A stretch of DNA of 64,000 bases from Paraspadella gotoi. Taxonomy: Eukaryota > Animalia > Chaetognatha. Shown here one piece after another: positions 12,077 to 25,880 of the stretch. Below the pieces are notes generated by a model. It saw nothing but the letters and a program-made list of their open reading frames with translations. It searched no databases and had not been told where the DNA came from. The stretch's first letter is position 1; every line of letters begins with the position of its first letter. The position numbers and the translations under genes were made by a program. The stretch covers positions 9,545,216 through 9,609,215 of the forward strand of contig CM119268.1 of NCBI GenBank assembly GCA_051294375.1. The letters run 5' to 3'.

Positions 12077-13413
12077 GCTGCTCCCTGGCCGTTCACTCTT
12101 CTTTCGCACGCCGTTCGCTCACTCCCCATCACCCCTCCCCCCTTTCCAAGGGAAAGAAAACCGAAGCCTCGGAAACTCTGCCTCATTTGCATATTTCAGT
12201 AAATCTCTGCCTGACAATAGAAATTCGTCATCGTCACCGGAAGTCTCTTTATTTCGTTTTCTTTCCCCTTCCTCTTCTTCCTCTCTCTCTCTATCTCTCA
12301 TCTTCTTTCTCTTCTCGTCCATCGTTCTCCTCCTCTCTCTTTCTCCTCTTCGCTTTCCTCCTCTCTCTTCTCTTTCTCTTTCTTTCTCTCTCTCTCTATC
12401 ATATCTTCGCTTCTCTCTCTCTCTCACTCTATCTTCTTTCTCTCTCTATCACGCTTATTTCTCTCTCTCTCTCTCTCGTCTCTCTCTCCTCTCCTCTCTC
12501 TCTCTCTCTCTCTCCTCTCATCTCATCCTCATCTCGCTCACATTTATAGAATATTGACGTTACCGGTGACGCAATCGACTTTTTTAACGTCGGTCAGAGT
12601 CAATCAGCTACGCGACTGAGACTCTCAGTGAGAGCGCCAACATTTTTAGCTAAACTTATTCTCAATTTTTTTCTTTTCTCGGTCCAACCTTCGTCGACTT
12701 CGTATATTTTTTTTAGTCGGCTTTCTATTTTCTTTTTCGGGTTGATATCCGCAATCCACATGTTCGCCTCCTGGAGGACACGTGACCGCCCTTTCAACCT
12801 CGGTGGCGGACTTCCTCACGCACGCGCGAGGGACTCGTTTAATCTGCGTGCACGCCGCGATTAATCTGCGCGCAGGTTGTTTTTATCGCTGCATTCAGTG
12901 TGCGTGCGAATGGGAAAGTAAGAAACGAGAAGCTTCTCTTGAAAGGCGATCCTAACCAAATCAATTTTGGACCGATTCGTTTGGCGGGAAGAAAAGTAAG
13001 TAAAAAAGGAAGTTAGGCGACCCTGGACCTCCAATTAAGATGAAGCAAGTTAATGGAGAGTGTGAACCGATGACAGTAATGAAGGAAGCGTGTGATAGAT
13101 TCGTGGTAAATTTTCATTGACAACGGAAAAGGAAAGAATTTGATTTTATGGAAGATGATAATGATTCAAATATCGAAGTTTTATTAGATTAATTGATTAA
13201 GAAATTGTAGCAAAATAGAAAAAAGAAACAACATGTTAACAAGCGGAGGGCAGCGTTTAATTTCCAGGACCAAGGTCGACAAAGATATCCGAAAAGATGT
13301 CCACACAGATAAAACAACATTTTTTGTGGCGTCGCCGAGATTGGAGACTTTGCTTTATCATCAATTTCTGCGCCAGAATGGGACATAAATAAAAAGGAGG
13401 GAAATAAAGGAGG

Positions 13414-13450
<37 letters not shown>

Positions 13451-13914
13451 AGAGAGAGAGAGAAGAGCAGACGAGAGGAGAGCAGAAGAGAAATATTAAT
13501 CTGTTGCAAAGCCCCACGCATGTCGTCGAATAGAAAATCGAATCTCGCTGCGGATCTTGATTTGGCGCGCCTAAATAATAAAACGAGTTGGCAACGAGGT
13601 CAAAAAACGAAGTCGGCTTGCGGATGTTATTGGCAGAAAATATTTGATTTTTTTAAATTTTGTTGTTTTTTTGTTTATATAATATGTACCAAAAAAGAAT
13701 AAAGCGAACAAAATAATACCTAAAACAAGAACGATGATTCCAATGTGTTGCGCCGCAGTGACTTTATTTTCACGTGTATTTTTCTCCTATAGTACTGAGG
13801 AGGTGATGAAATGACAATGTATTTATGACATGCATTGCATCGAGTCTTTTATTCCTGCCTTAGCAAATGAGCAACGAATTATAGGCGAATTATATGCATT
13901 TTTACCGTAAGAGG

Positions 13915-14033
13915 GATAGACTGACAGATAGACATACCGACCGACAGACAGACAGACCGAGAGACTGACCAACAGACCGACCGAAAAGTGACTAATAGAG
14001 TTGCTCCGCGAGTACTCGCGGCGCAACTAAAAA
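13915..14033 (+). mobile_element. Helentron/DINE-1-like element terminus
   Basis: (GACA/GACC)n tract followed by a near-perfect 30-bp palindrome AGTTGCTCCGCGAGTACTCGCGGCGCAACT (13999-14028) and AAAAA. Confidence 0.55.
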
Positions 14034-14949
14034 CAAACCATACTTTAAATCAAATCCTTTCACTACAGAGCATTACAAATTCCTGATGAAAATTCCAAAA
14101 AATTCTAAACAGCGAAACATTACACCGGCCACCGAAATTTACCGATTGGAACATTAGACACAAAAAAATGTTTTTCCCTCCCTTTTTTTTTCTAGAAGCA
14201 GATCGGATTGAGCGGAAAATTACCCACGCTAAATGAGATTCCACTTTGAGACTTTCACGCTAAAAAGAGAAAAAAAAAATGCGCGAGCGAAACTATTTAC
14301 GAAGAAAGGATTCCCACTCAATCAGTCCTTCACCGCCGCCCCGTTTTTTCCCCCTTTCGCCTTTTGTTTTCGCGAAGGGGTCTGCCCCCCTAGCGACTAA
14401 ACAACGAAACCATTACGACAAACGAAAGAGCAACCGTTGAGAAGTGAAAATGAAGAAACATGAGGCGAATAACTCAGTCGAGAGAGGAAAAAAAAAAGGG
14501 GGAGGGAAAAGGAGGGAGAGCGAGACATCGAAAAAGAAAAGAGAGAAAACGGAAACAAAAAACCAAGAGAGAGCTAGAGAGAGAGAGAGAGAGAGAAAGA
14601 AAAAAAGAAGCCAAGATTCATGATTCGCTCGCGAGAAAAAAAAAATCTAAATTGCATAACCGTTTCTGCGAATCCGGTTTTGCTCATGACCGTCGCTGAA
14701 AAATCGTCTTTGTCCTTCTGCGTTTCCGCTTATCTTCATCACAAATAGTTTCCCTTTTGTTTTCAAATCTCATAAAGCTGTTTCTTTTTCGCCGTTAATT
14801 TAATTTTTTTTTTTTAACTTAAAAATATTATATTTAATTGATTATATTTCTCGCGAACGAATCGTATCAGGTATAAATTAATTTGCGATTGGATAATGGA
14901 TAATGGATATTCGTTTGATATAAACATAAAAACTAAGATTTGGTTGGTG

Positions 14950-15445
14950 GGGGCGCTGCGACATGGAATGGCGCTGCGATAAAACATAAAAGGCGCCAGA
15001 GGGGCGTGGCACAGAGAGACGCTACGGTGGGGAGAAGTGTAGGAAGTTACGGGGTAGAGGGGCGCAGTTAGACGCCATAGTAGGTAAGAGTTGCAGTGAG
15101 ATGCTAAGAGACGAGGAAAAGAGAAAGATGCCATAAGGGTAAAGACAAGTGGGGCGCAGTGAGTGATCACAGGAAATGAGAGGTGATGAGAGAGACTAGG
15201 TGAGATAGGGGCGTTGTGAGATAAGGGGAGGGTTCAGTGAGACGTCACAGGAGAATAGACAATGGAAAAAAGGGGCAGAGAGTCGCGAGAGGAAGTGAGG
15301 CAAGTAAGGGGAATAGAAAACTACGATAAAGAGTAAGAGGCGCAGTGAGATGGGGGAAGGGCGCAATGAGTTGCCATGAGGAATAAATGGCGCAGTGAGA
15401 TGAGGGAAGGGCGCAGTGAGTCGCCACTAGTGGTAAGGAGCGCAA
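14950..15445. repeat. Degenerate purine-rich minisatellite (core GGGCGCAGTGAG)
   Basis: Recurring ggcgcagtgagatg / ggcgctgcga variants at roughly 20-40 bp spacing. Confidence 0.6.
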
Positions 15446-18400
15446 CTATACGTCATGGAAGGGAGTTTGGGCCGGCGTTATACACCGTAATGGGAAGGCA
15501 ATGAGATATAATAGGCGTCGATCCTGGGAGATTCGAAGCGGCTTTGACGAAAGACGAGCCTTNNNNNNNNNNNNNNNNNNNNNNNNNNNNNNNNNNNNNN
15601 NNNNNNNNNNNNNNNNNNNNNNNNNNNNNNNNNNNNNNNNNNNNNNNNNNNNNNNNNNNNNNNNNNNNNNNNNNNNNNNNNNNNNNNNNNNNNNNNNNNN
15701 NNNNNNNNNNNNNNNNNNNNNNNNNNNNNNNNNNNNNNNNNNNNNNNNNNNNNNNNNNNNNNNNNNNNNNNNNNNNNNNNNNNNNNNNNNNNNNNNNNAT
15801 TATATTGAGGATTTGCGGTTTAAATAGAACGAATCCTTTGATTTTCTGCTCGACTGATTGTAACGGTACATTTCCCTGAACCATACCCGTTTACCACTTT
15901 TTTTTCTATCATTTTTTTTTTGGGGGGGGGCGATGGTACCATAACATAAATACTCGAATTTCTGCGGCTCCCGACATTTTTGCCTCCATTTTGGGAAACA
16001 GAGCGACACAAGTTTTTTTCTTTCTCTACATTTTCATTCTCTTTATCCCTTCTCTATTCCTTTCTTCGCTTCTCTTCTCTTTCCTCATTTCCTCATTCTT
16101 CCCGTCTCTTTTCTATTCTTTCCCCTTTTTCCTTATTTCCTTATTTCCTTTCTTTTCATTCTTCTCCACAAAGAGCCATCGTCTACAACGACGCCATTAC
16201 ATTCATGCGTCCCTCTCGCGGGGAGGCGTCGTCAATCGTCCTGAGCGTCTTTTAAGCAAATATTCGAATGTCAGTAACATTAATATCTCTGTTGAAGTAA
16301 TAGAAAGACTTACCAGTTAAAAAAAAAACAATATTTAATTGAAAACAATGGACGGAATAAAACATTGTTCCGTTAAAAAAATTATGCTAAGTCGAGCATA
16401 AAGCATGAAAACATAGAAACATGGTCTAACCATGAAATCGAAACTATATCCTCTCAGAGACGAAGCATCCCAAGCCCATTTCTGAGAAAAGTCAACTAAA
16501 TTCGGCGCAAAATGAACAAGAATCGACGATTCTCGTCAAAACGGCAAATGGGCCGGAAAAGCGAATGGGTAGGGAAGAAGGAGATCATGAGAGAGAGNNN
16601 NNNNNNNNNNNNNNNNNNNNNNNNNNNNNNNNNNNNNNNNNNNNNNNNNNNNNNNNNNNNNNNNNNNNNNNNNNNNNNNNNNNNNNNNNNNNNNNNNNNN
16701 NNNNNNNNNNNNNNNNNNNNNNNNNNNNNNNNNNNNNNNNNNNNNNNNNNNNNNNNNNNNNNNNNNNNNNNNNNNNNNNNNNNNNNNNNNNNNNNNNNNN
16801 NNNNNNNNNNNNNNNNNNNNNNNNNNNNNNNNNNNNNNNNNNNNNNNNNNNNNNNNNNNNNNNNNNNNNNNNNNNNNNNNNNGATTCCAAAGCGAGATTC
16901 CAGCGAAAGATTTTCTTCGAATTTCAAATGACTCAACGACGTCTTCCTTCATTTTTTTTTCTTCTGGAGCCAAAAACACAAAGAAATTGGATGGAATATG
17001 TAGGAGTTGAAGGAAATTCTCTCGCTTTTTGTATAAAGTATTCATAGCCTTTTTGAGTTTTTTGAGTTTTGAAACCTTGAGAAAAAAGAAGGGGAGGAAT
17101 TGAGAGAAAAGTCGACAAAGTCTTCCCCCCCCNNNNNNNNNNNNNNNNNNNNNNNNNNNNNNNNNNNNNNNNNNNNNNNNNNNNNNNNNNNNNNNNNNNN
17201 NNNNNNNNNNNNNNNNNNNNNNNNNNNNNNNNNNNNNNNNNNNNNNNNNNNNNNNNNNNNNNNNNNNNNNNNNNNNNNNNNNNNNNNNNNNNNNNNNNNN
17301 NNNNNNNNNNNNNNNNNNNNNNNNNNNNNNNNNNNNNNNNNNNNNNNNNNNNNNNNNNNNNNNNNNNNNNNNNNNNNNNNNNNNNNNNNNNNNNNNNNNN
17401 NNNNNNNNNNNNNNNNNNNNNATGAAAATGGCTAAAGTCACAAATTTTAATGCTCTAGAACTTGAGAGACTTTGGGCCCCATTACAATACAAGGCGATTA
17501 TATTTTTAAACTAAAAGCTCTTATTTAAAAAAATTAGTCTTAGACGTTTGTCAAAAATAAATACTATAAAATTCGAGACGGCCTTCATCAAAGTAAAACG
17601 ATTCAGGTGGATCCATAAAGCGAAGACATCATTGCTCAAATGCAAGAAATTGCAAAGGACTGGTGGCCGGTGAAAAAAGCCTTGGAACATAATGGATCGA
17701 AATGGAAATGATATATGGCAAAGTTGCCCTTGGAACAAATCGAGAGATATGATCCATTCAGTTACAAAATAAAGGAGAAGGAGAAAGAGGCGTCCTTCAG
17801 ANNNNNNNNNNNNNNNNNNNNNNNNNNNNNNNNNNNNNNNNNNNNNNNNNNNNNNNNNNNNNNNNNNNNNNNNNNNNNNNNNNNNNNNNNNNNNNNNNNN
17901 NNAAAAAAAAAAAAGATCGCGCGATGGCGATTCGACGTGAGAAAACGACGGAAGGCGTTTCAAGATGGCGGACCGGGGATGTTGATAATATCAATAGTTA
18001 ATTTTTATTAATGTAGAGAAAAAAAAATGATGGTCAATGCGGATGAAGGAAAATAATAAAAATAATTTATGGCGATATAGACTTGTTTAGCTTTCCGGTT
18101 TTATATTGCAAGGGAAGAACTTATGAATTGGGGGGGGGGTAGTGATAAAGACTTACTACAAAATATGAATAGGAATTGAGACAAAAGATGGCTTCGCGAT
18201 GGTAAGTAACATTGAGGAACAAGATGGCAACGAAATATCGAAGAAAAATGGTAGTAAAAAAAAACTGATAAAAAATAATATCTCTATGCAAATGAAAAAC
18301 CGATGGAAGTCATTTATAAAAAAAAAGAAAGACCAAAACAATAACATAATAAAAGAAAAGAGAATAAAAAGAGAGAGAGAGAGAGAGAGAGAGAAAAAAA

Positions 18401-20508
18401 GAAAATCTCTCACGAATAAAAAAAAAAGAAAAAGAAAATTTGATACGACGATGATACTTATGACCATAAATACGAAAGGGACAAAAAACGTGAGCACACG
18501 ACGCATCACATTTGATTTTCGGTGAAAAAATCACGTGAAACTGAAAAGAGNNNNNNNNNNCGAATCGGCAGTCGTTGTTGTTGTTGTTCGCGTTGATTCG
18601 TCAAAAATGCGAAAAGAAGCAATTTTTGACTTCTGTTNNNNNNNNNNNNNNNNNNNNNNNNNNNNNNNNNNNNNNNNNNNNNNNNNNNNNNNNNNNNNNN
18701 NNNNNNNNNNNNNNNNNNNNNNNNNNNNNNNNNNNNNNNNNNNNNNNNNNNNNNNNNNNNNNNNNNNNNNNNNNNNNNNNNNNNNNNNNNNNNNNNNNNN
18801 NNNNNNNNNNNNNNNNNNNNNNNNNNNNNNNNNNNNNNNNNNNNNNNNNNNNNNNNNNNNNNNNNNNNNNNNNNNNNNNNNNNNNNNNNNNNNNNNNNNN
18901 NNNNNNNNNNNNNNNNNNNNNNNNNNNNNNNNNNNNNNNNNNTTTAAATCAAGACGTTTCATAGTACAAATCCGATTTTTGAAATATTTGTAACAAAGTA
19001 AATTTAAGACGAACATTCTGAAGACTAAAGAACTGATGTTCGATGCTGAACCGAACGCAATCAGTTGGCGGAAACAGAAACCGAATGATTGATCGAATTC
19101 TCAATTCGTTTTTCCTTGAAATTTTAATCCAATTTTTGCTCGGAACGAGAGAGAGAGAGAGAGNNNNNNNNNNNNNNNNNNNNNNNNNNNNNNNNNNNNN
19201 NNNNNNNNNNNNNNNNNNNNNNNNNNNNNNNNNNNNNNNNNNNNNNNNNNNNNNNNNNNNNNNNNNNNNNNNNNTTCGCGAGGTAATAAATCGACAAAAT
19301 CCATTAGATTTTTTTAAGGTTTCGCGAAGATGGGGAAAAAAGTTAATTGCAGATTTTTGCTGTTCGAAAGGAAATATCGTTTAGTCGCATCCGTTTAGAG
19401 ATTTAAGGGCGGGAAAAGAAGGCGACCGTCTCACGGTCGGCCCGACGCCCCTCGCTGTGTTGGAACTATTGCTGTCCTGATTTCGCAAAGTGACGCGTTT
19501 CCCGTTCAAAGTTGAATCGTCATTCGCCAACCGAATTAAAATTGTTTTGATTGTCGTTTAATCGTTATTTGAACTCTTCGGCGTTATTTTTTATGGATTT
19601 TCCCGCTCGATCGATTTCCAGGAAATATTGGAGACGTACAGGGACCGTGGAATGAACGAGAGCGTTTTAAAAAACAATAAGAAATCGCAAGAAACCTCCG
19701 CTAACTTGGTTGTGGACGAATTGAAAAAAAAAAACAAAAAAACAAAAACACACACACACAAAAAAAAAAAACCCAAACTATTTTTCGTTATTACACGACT
19801 TTCTTCATTATTAATTAATAAATCCTGATAACAGATAGTCAAAACGACGTATAAAAAAGTCCCACCTCGCGAAATACTTAAAAAAAACACAGGAAAAAAT
19901 ATCTATCAGAAAAAAAAAGTTGAAAAAAAAACCAAACAAAAAAACAAAACATCAAACTAGAAGGAAAGTAATTTTTTCGCATTAATTCGCGATCGTTAAA
20001 GACTTTTAAGTATTTTTTTCTCTTCAAAGTCGTGAAAACGAGAAAAAGGACTTTTTTTTTTTTTTTGATCGGCGACGGCGACGGCACGGCGACGGCGACG
20101 GTTGGACGAAGACTGAAAAAACCGGATTTTTTGGAAAAAAGTTATTTAGGGGGGACAGGGGGGAAAGGTGGGGGGGGCAGGGGGGGAAAGGGGGGACAAG
20201 GAGGGGGCAAGGGGGGGGAAAGGGAGTGGGGAGGAATAGATGAATCGAATATCCGCACATTTCGATTTTTTTTTTCAGATTAATTTTTTTTTTCATTTTT
20301 AGTATTTAATTTTGTTTCGCTTCGTGTTTTCACTTTTGAAGAGCGGCAGGTCCTCATTTTTTTTTTTCATTTCGGTCCGAAATTAGGTCAGGCGCGGAGT
20401 CCAGTGGGCCAACTTTACTTCACTAATACTATGACTGGAATGGATCAATGGTTTGACTAATCGCTCGACGGTTCCCAGTTAACGTCAAAAAAGGTTGCCA
20501 TGCGAGGA

Positions 20509-20549
<41 letters not shown>

Positions 20550-21194
20550 ACCCAAACAATTTGGATCGGGCTTTTGATTTTTCAGTTGAAGAAACTCGTT
20601 AAGTCGGGGGAACGAATCTTAAGTCCCGAAGATAGAACGGGTTTAGGAATGAATCGAGTTTTCGTTTCGCTTCTCTGATTCAAATCTCTTTTTTTTTGTT
20701 GGCAGATGTCGATGTTCCTGACGAATTCGTGGCTGGCACTCAATGATGCACTCAATCAATGATGCACTCAATCAAGACGTCTGTCGTTTAATGGAAGAGT
20801 CAGAGAATGGTAATTGTGGGTCAATCAAAGAGGGGCCAATAAGACGGGAAGGCAATCTATATCTTAGAATGTGAAATTGGCATAAAATTTAAATGCTATT
20901 CAGGAAAAGTAGTAGCAACCGGTCAAATTGGCGGCAGTGACGAGTCACAACGAAAATGTCGAGTCACAACGACCCCGAAACATTTTTCGATTTTCGATCG
21001 AATATAATTCAATAAGATTCTGAAGTCGATGACCAACGAGTTGGTGAAATATGAAGCGAAGCTGAGAAGTTGATGAACATCGGGATCGAAAATTGTGGTG
21101 GATGATAGAAAATGGGAAGCCTTGGGCGATCGACTCGATTTGATTAAAAAAGGAAAAGAAACCTTGGATGGTGGTCTCGCCTTTTCGCGTCAAA

Positions 21195-21370
21195 AAGTGG
21201 CGGAGGAAAGTGGTACAGAAAGTGGGAGAAAAAGTGGCATAGAAAATGGGGCAGATACTGGCGTAGAAAATGGCATAGAAAGTGGCGTAAAATGGGGTGA
21301 AAGTGGCGTAGAAAATGGCGGAGATAGTGGCGTAGAAAGTGGCATTGAAAGTGGCGTAGAGAGTGGTAGG
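21195..21370. repeat. 12-bp minisatellite (AGAAAGTGGCGT-like)
   Basis: About 14 imperfect tandem units; explains the ESGVENG and PLST repeat ORFs in the track. Confidence 0.85.
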
Positions 21371-22457
21371 AAAATTTCGGCTGAAGCGGCGAAAGATAAG
21401 AACGCGATGGAATTTGTAAGTTGGAGAGAGATGGGTGGGTATGTTTTGGGTTCATGACGCGGGTCGGGCAAAGCGACCAGAGAATTCGATTGGGAATGCG
21501 AAGAGGAAACGTCTTATCTAAAAGCGACAAAAACAAGAAAAAACAAAAACAAAACAGAATAAAAATAAATGGAAATAAGAGCGACGTCGGGTAGGAAGGA
21601 AACATTGCTCGAAAGAACGGTGCCACGATATTTTTATCGCGTCGGTTGATTGAATGAAATTAAAAAAAAAAGTCTTTTTTATATAAAGGTCATTTAAAAA
21701 TAATTGCGGCAAATATATGCACTTTATGTAAACGTGATTTGTCGTTCTTTTCCGATCTAGAGACTCCGATTTTAATTTGTTTTTTATTTTTGAAATGCCG
21801 ATTTTTTTTAATTTATAAATTGATTTAAGTTTCGTATCTTTTTAAAAACAAAATTATTTTCGATTATCTTCACCGACGATGAAGCGAGAAAATTCAAAAC
21901 TTCATCATCGTCAGAAAAAAAAAGTCGATAAATGAAAAAAAAAAATTAAAAAGGGGAAAAAATCGGAAAATAAATTGTGGTTTATGCGATTGAATGAGCA
22001 AGTTCAACCACTGGGCGTTGAGCGAGTTTGTCTATGGGTGCGCGGGAATCTTTAATCCAGATGATCAAAGCGAGTTTTGGGGGTGAGCTAAGGGTGAGGG
22101 GGCGGGTGGGGGGGAGGTGTGGCCGATGGGGCAAATTATCTTCGTCTTTAGATTTAAGATTTAAAGAAAGTATTATCTTTTGAGCCAAGATACCTTTTCG
22201 TTACGAAATAATATTTTAAATGTCCACGTATAAAATATAATATTTTCTCGTTTCGGTTCGTTTCTAAAAGTAAGCACGAAATTATAGAAAGTACATTTAA
22301 AATGNNNNNNNNNNTTATAAAGTTTGTTGAACTTACCTATTGAGTCGGACGACGTTCGATGTTGGGGGGAAAAAAGAAAAAAAAAGTTTGATTATTTATG
22401 AGAGACTCTTTGGATCGTTACGAACTCGTTTGGCAATGCACCGATGAAATAAATAGA

Positions 22458-22509
<52 letters not shown>

Positions 22510-23636
22510 GGCAAAGTCTCGAGTTACTTCTTGTTTTCTTATGGATTTTATCCTTTTTCTATTAATCCTGTGCGGGGAGAGATCCCTGCTAATATTTGTA
22601 CGAGTGATGGAATGTCTCTATCTCTCTCTCCCGAGTCGTTTTTTATTAAAGAAATGTAGCTCACACAAAAAGAAAAAGGAAAAAAAAAAGTGAATGAAAA
22701 TCTCTATGTAAATTTTCCGATGTGGTTTGAGTTCATTTTGAAAGGAACTGAGCCCTAACGAAATCTTTGGGCAAAGAAAATATTTCGAACAGGTATTTTC
22801 CCCCTTGAAGAAAGAGCGAAAAAAAAAAGTTTAAACGTTATGACATTAGCCTGTCATTTTGTGACACCTTTGCTATATTTTTAATAGCTTACCTTAAATG
22901 AAAATCAAAGAAAAAAACCGACGATTCTAAATTTGGACAATGACGAGTTTATTTTTCGCACAGAATCAAAAACAGCTATGCAGACAAAGTGTGACCCCTT
23001 TTCATTGTGACTCATCCTCGCTACGTAATTGATCCGTAAAAGTTTAATTTAACTTAATTTATCTCAACTTTTTTTTTTAATTGATAATTAGGAAAAAAAA
23101 CATTTTTTTTTTCTCGGGTGATCTCGAAGATTCTAAGAAACTCTTTTCGCACTTCTTAAATTAAATTAGGCAAAAGGGTTTGTTTATTGTTTGTGTTGAC
23201 GTCGTGGCAATGAATAATTATAAAATAAAAAATATAATTATAATTCTTTTTTTCTTAATTGAAATAATTCAAACCAGACTGTTTCGTATTCCGAACCTGG
23301 ATACGAAATTGGATTTAAATTTAATATATACCTTTCGTCATCGGAATTGATAAATTATCGCCTAAGGATTCCGAATTAATTTTTCGACACGAGTTCGGAA
23401 ACCGATCCTTTTAAAAATCTAAATCTCTCAGAACTGAAGAATAAAGACATTTTTCAAAATCTCATTTTGTTTCATAGTATAAATTTAATCCCTTAATAGA
23501 AAACAGATTCGATATAAAGAGAGAAACAAAGTCTCCGTTCTTAATCCTTGTGATATAAATCCTTTCTTTTTCGTTGTCTGAAGTAGTTACAGAAAGTTTG
23601 ATTTGGAGTATGACAACGATTTGATTTTATTAGCAA

Positions 23637-23681
23637 AAACAGACATGTTTCGGCTTTTCTTGCAAGCCTTCATCAGAGTTA
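23637..23681 (-). ncRNA. Minimal type I hammerhead ribozyme (Penelope-type)
   Basis: Minus strand reads AACT-CTGATGA-A-GGCTT-gcaagaa-AAGCC-GAAAC-ATGTC-TGTT. It has the CUGAUGA and GAAA cores, a 5-bp stem II, palindromic ACATGT stem III and a GUC cleavage triplet. AATAAA lies ~10 nt downstream. Confidence 0.7.
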
Positions 23682-25649
23682 ATCCTATATTCGAGGAAGG
23701 GGAAAAAAAAGGGAGAGAATAAAAATGATTAATTTCTCTTTCTCAGACACTAACGGAGACACAGAGAGAGACGGAGAGAGAAAGGGAGAGAAAGAGAGAG
23801 AGAGAGAGTCGGACGACGAATTCGATTACATCACCCGATTTAGCTTATTTTACATGAATGAAAAAAATACGATGCTATAAATAAATCACCAGCCCCCCCC
23901 CACAAAAAAAAGGGTTTAAATTTGAGAGTCATTTTAGTTTTTTTTTTTTTCTGGCTTCCTTCATTCCAATCCACATAAAACTGTCACCGTTGGCCAGACA
24001 CCGCAGACGATGATGGACGACGACGACGACGACGACTTTGATGATCTGAATGAAAATCTTAGACCAAAATATCGTAAAAGAAAAGGTTAGTCTGCAAAAT
24101 ATTCTGCATAGTCTTGAGGGGTTAAGATTGTCTCACTCATATCAGTGTGTTTCTTATCCTCGGCTCTCTCTCCGACTTATAAATATGAGGACATTTCAAT
24201 ATCTACAAAACTTTAAACACCCAAATGCACCGATAAAAAAAAATGACAGCACCTCTTCCTCATTAGGGCGCGCAACTATGCCATCGACAGGCCATCGACA
24301 GGCCAACGAAAGGTCAGCGACGGGCCATCGACAGTCAGACGACAGGCCATTGACAAATCGTGAATCATCAATAGATCATCGACAGCTCAACGTCAGAGAA
24401 TCGGGACGACGATGACGGCGATGACGATAACGACGACGATAACGACGACGCCAATGAAAGCATTCATAACCCTGACAGATGCAACAATTTTATCGACCAT
24501 GTGGGGTTGAAGGATGTGTCAGGCTTTTCCCTTCGTCACTTCCTTTCGCACTCGTGCGGCTTCGACAACGAAAAAAAAAAATGTCGTAAAATGTTCTCAG
24601 TAGCTTTGTCAAAAAAAAAAATTGCCTTTACGCACCAGCCGTAAAACGGCGGCCGAGAGCTAGTTATTAAATGGTAGTTAATTTGTCCACACTCTTTCGT
24701 TTTAACTAAATGACGCGCCATCAAAACAAAATATATCCGAACAGAAACATTCATTCTCTGCTATACATATTACATACAATAGCAGAGCAAGCATCTAACT
24801 TACAAAGGACTCTTCAACATCTTATCTCAAAATATATCATACCTCGTTCAAACAGACTAGACCGCTAATCTCGTTCCACATTTTTCTCTTTCCTCTTTTT
24901 TCTCGTTTATCAGATGTACCCTCTATCACTTTTTCCCCTTCGTCTGTTTCACCTTTTATCGGTTTTTTACTTCGGATTTTTTTTTTTTAAATTCAATCGG
25001 CGATATCTCTCTCTCTCTCTCTCTTTCCTTCTCTTTTCTTCGGTTGACTCAACTCGACCACAAATCGCCCGTTTTTATCGACTAATCCTTTCTCTTCGAT
25101 TGTTCTCTGTGTGGACCCTCCCCCATTCACTTTGCTCCTGAGATAACATCCAAACCGAGTTTAATCACAAAGACCTTTTTTTTTTAAACAAAGCTCTTCG
25201 GTAAAAAAAATGAGAATTTTTCTACTCTCTCTCACTCTCTCTCCTTTAACTTACTGGAAAGAGGAACGAATAAAGCTTATATCTTACGATTTTTAGCGAG
25301 TTATTGATAAATCTAATAAATAATAACCACAGTAGCATCCGCCTAGAATTCCCGATAGGGCAAGCTCAGTAACTCGAATACAAATGATAATTGGAAAGAT
25401 GCGGCGCCAGTTCGTGCGCAGCCGACGAACCGAGATGCGTGAGCGTATCGAAAAAAAAACAAAAAAACACCGAACGTCTGTTTCTATAAATAGGCGCGAC
25501 GCGGTTCGGCGCCACGAGTCGTGAGTCTTGTCGCCTCAAATTTCGACTTTCTCTTCTGACGTCATCCTGTGATCCCGAATCAAGTCACGTACTCACCTCA
25601 AAGGCGTCGCGTGAGTTTGGCGATTGATTGAAGACCGAATGGATCGAGA

Positions 25650-25880
25650 GTGAATGGCCGACTGAATGGGGACTGAATGGCCGACTGAATGGGGACTAAA
25701 TGGTAAGTGAATGGTCAACTGAATGGGGACTAAATGGGGACTGAATGGCCGACTGAATTGGGACTAAATGGTGAATGAATGGTCAACTGAATGGGGACTA
25801 AATGGTGAATCATGGCCGACTGAAGGGCCGACTGAATGGGGACTAAATGGTGAGTGAATGACCGACAGAATGGAGACTAA
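25650..25880. repeat. 11-bp minisatellite (GACTGAATGGG / GACTAAATGGT variants)
   Basis: About 20 imperfect tandem units read directly. Confidence 0.9.

Noticed and set aside
15453-19384. Long ORFs containing X runs
   Set aside because: They stay open only because they cross N gaps; the flanking residues show no recognisable domain.
21095-21626. ESGVENG and PLST repeat proteins
   Set aside because: A 12-bp minisatellite open on both strands, with no splice or domain support.
25650-25880. CRISPR-like regular repeats
   Set aside because: Head-to-tail 11-bp units with no unique spacers, in an animal genome.
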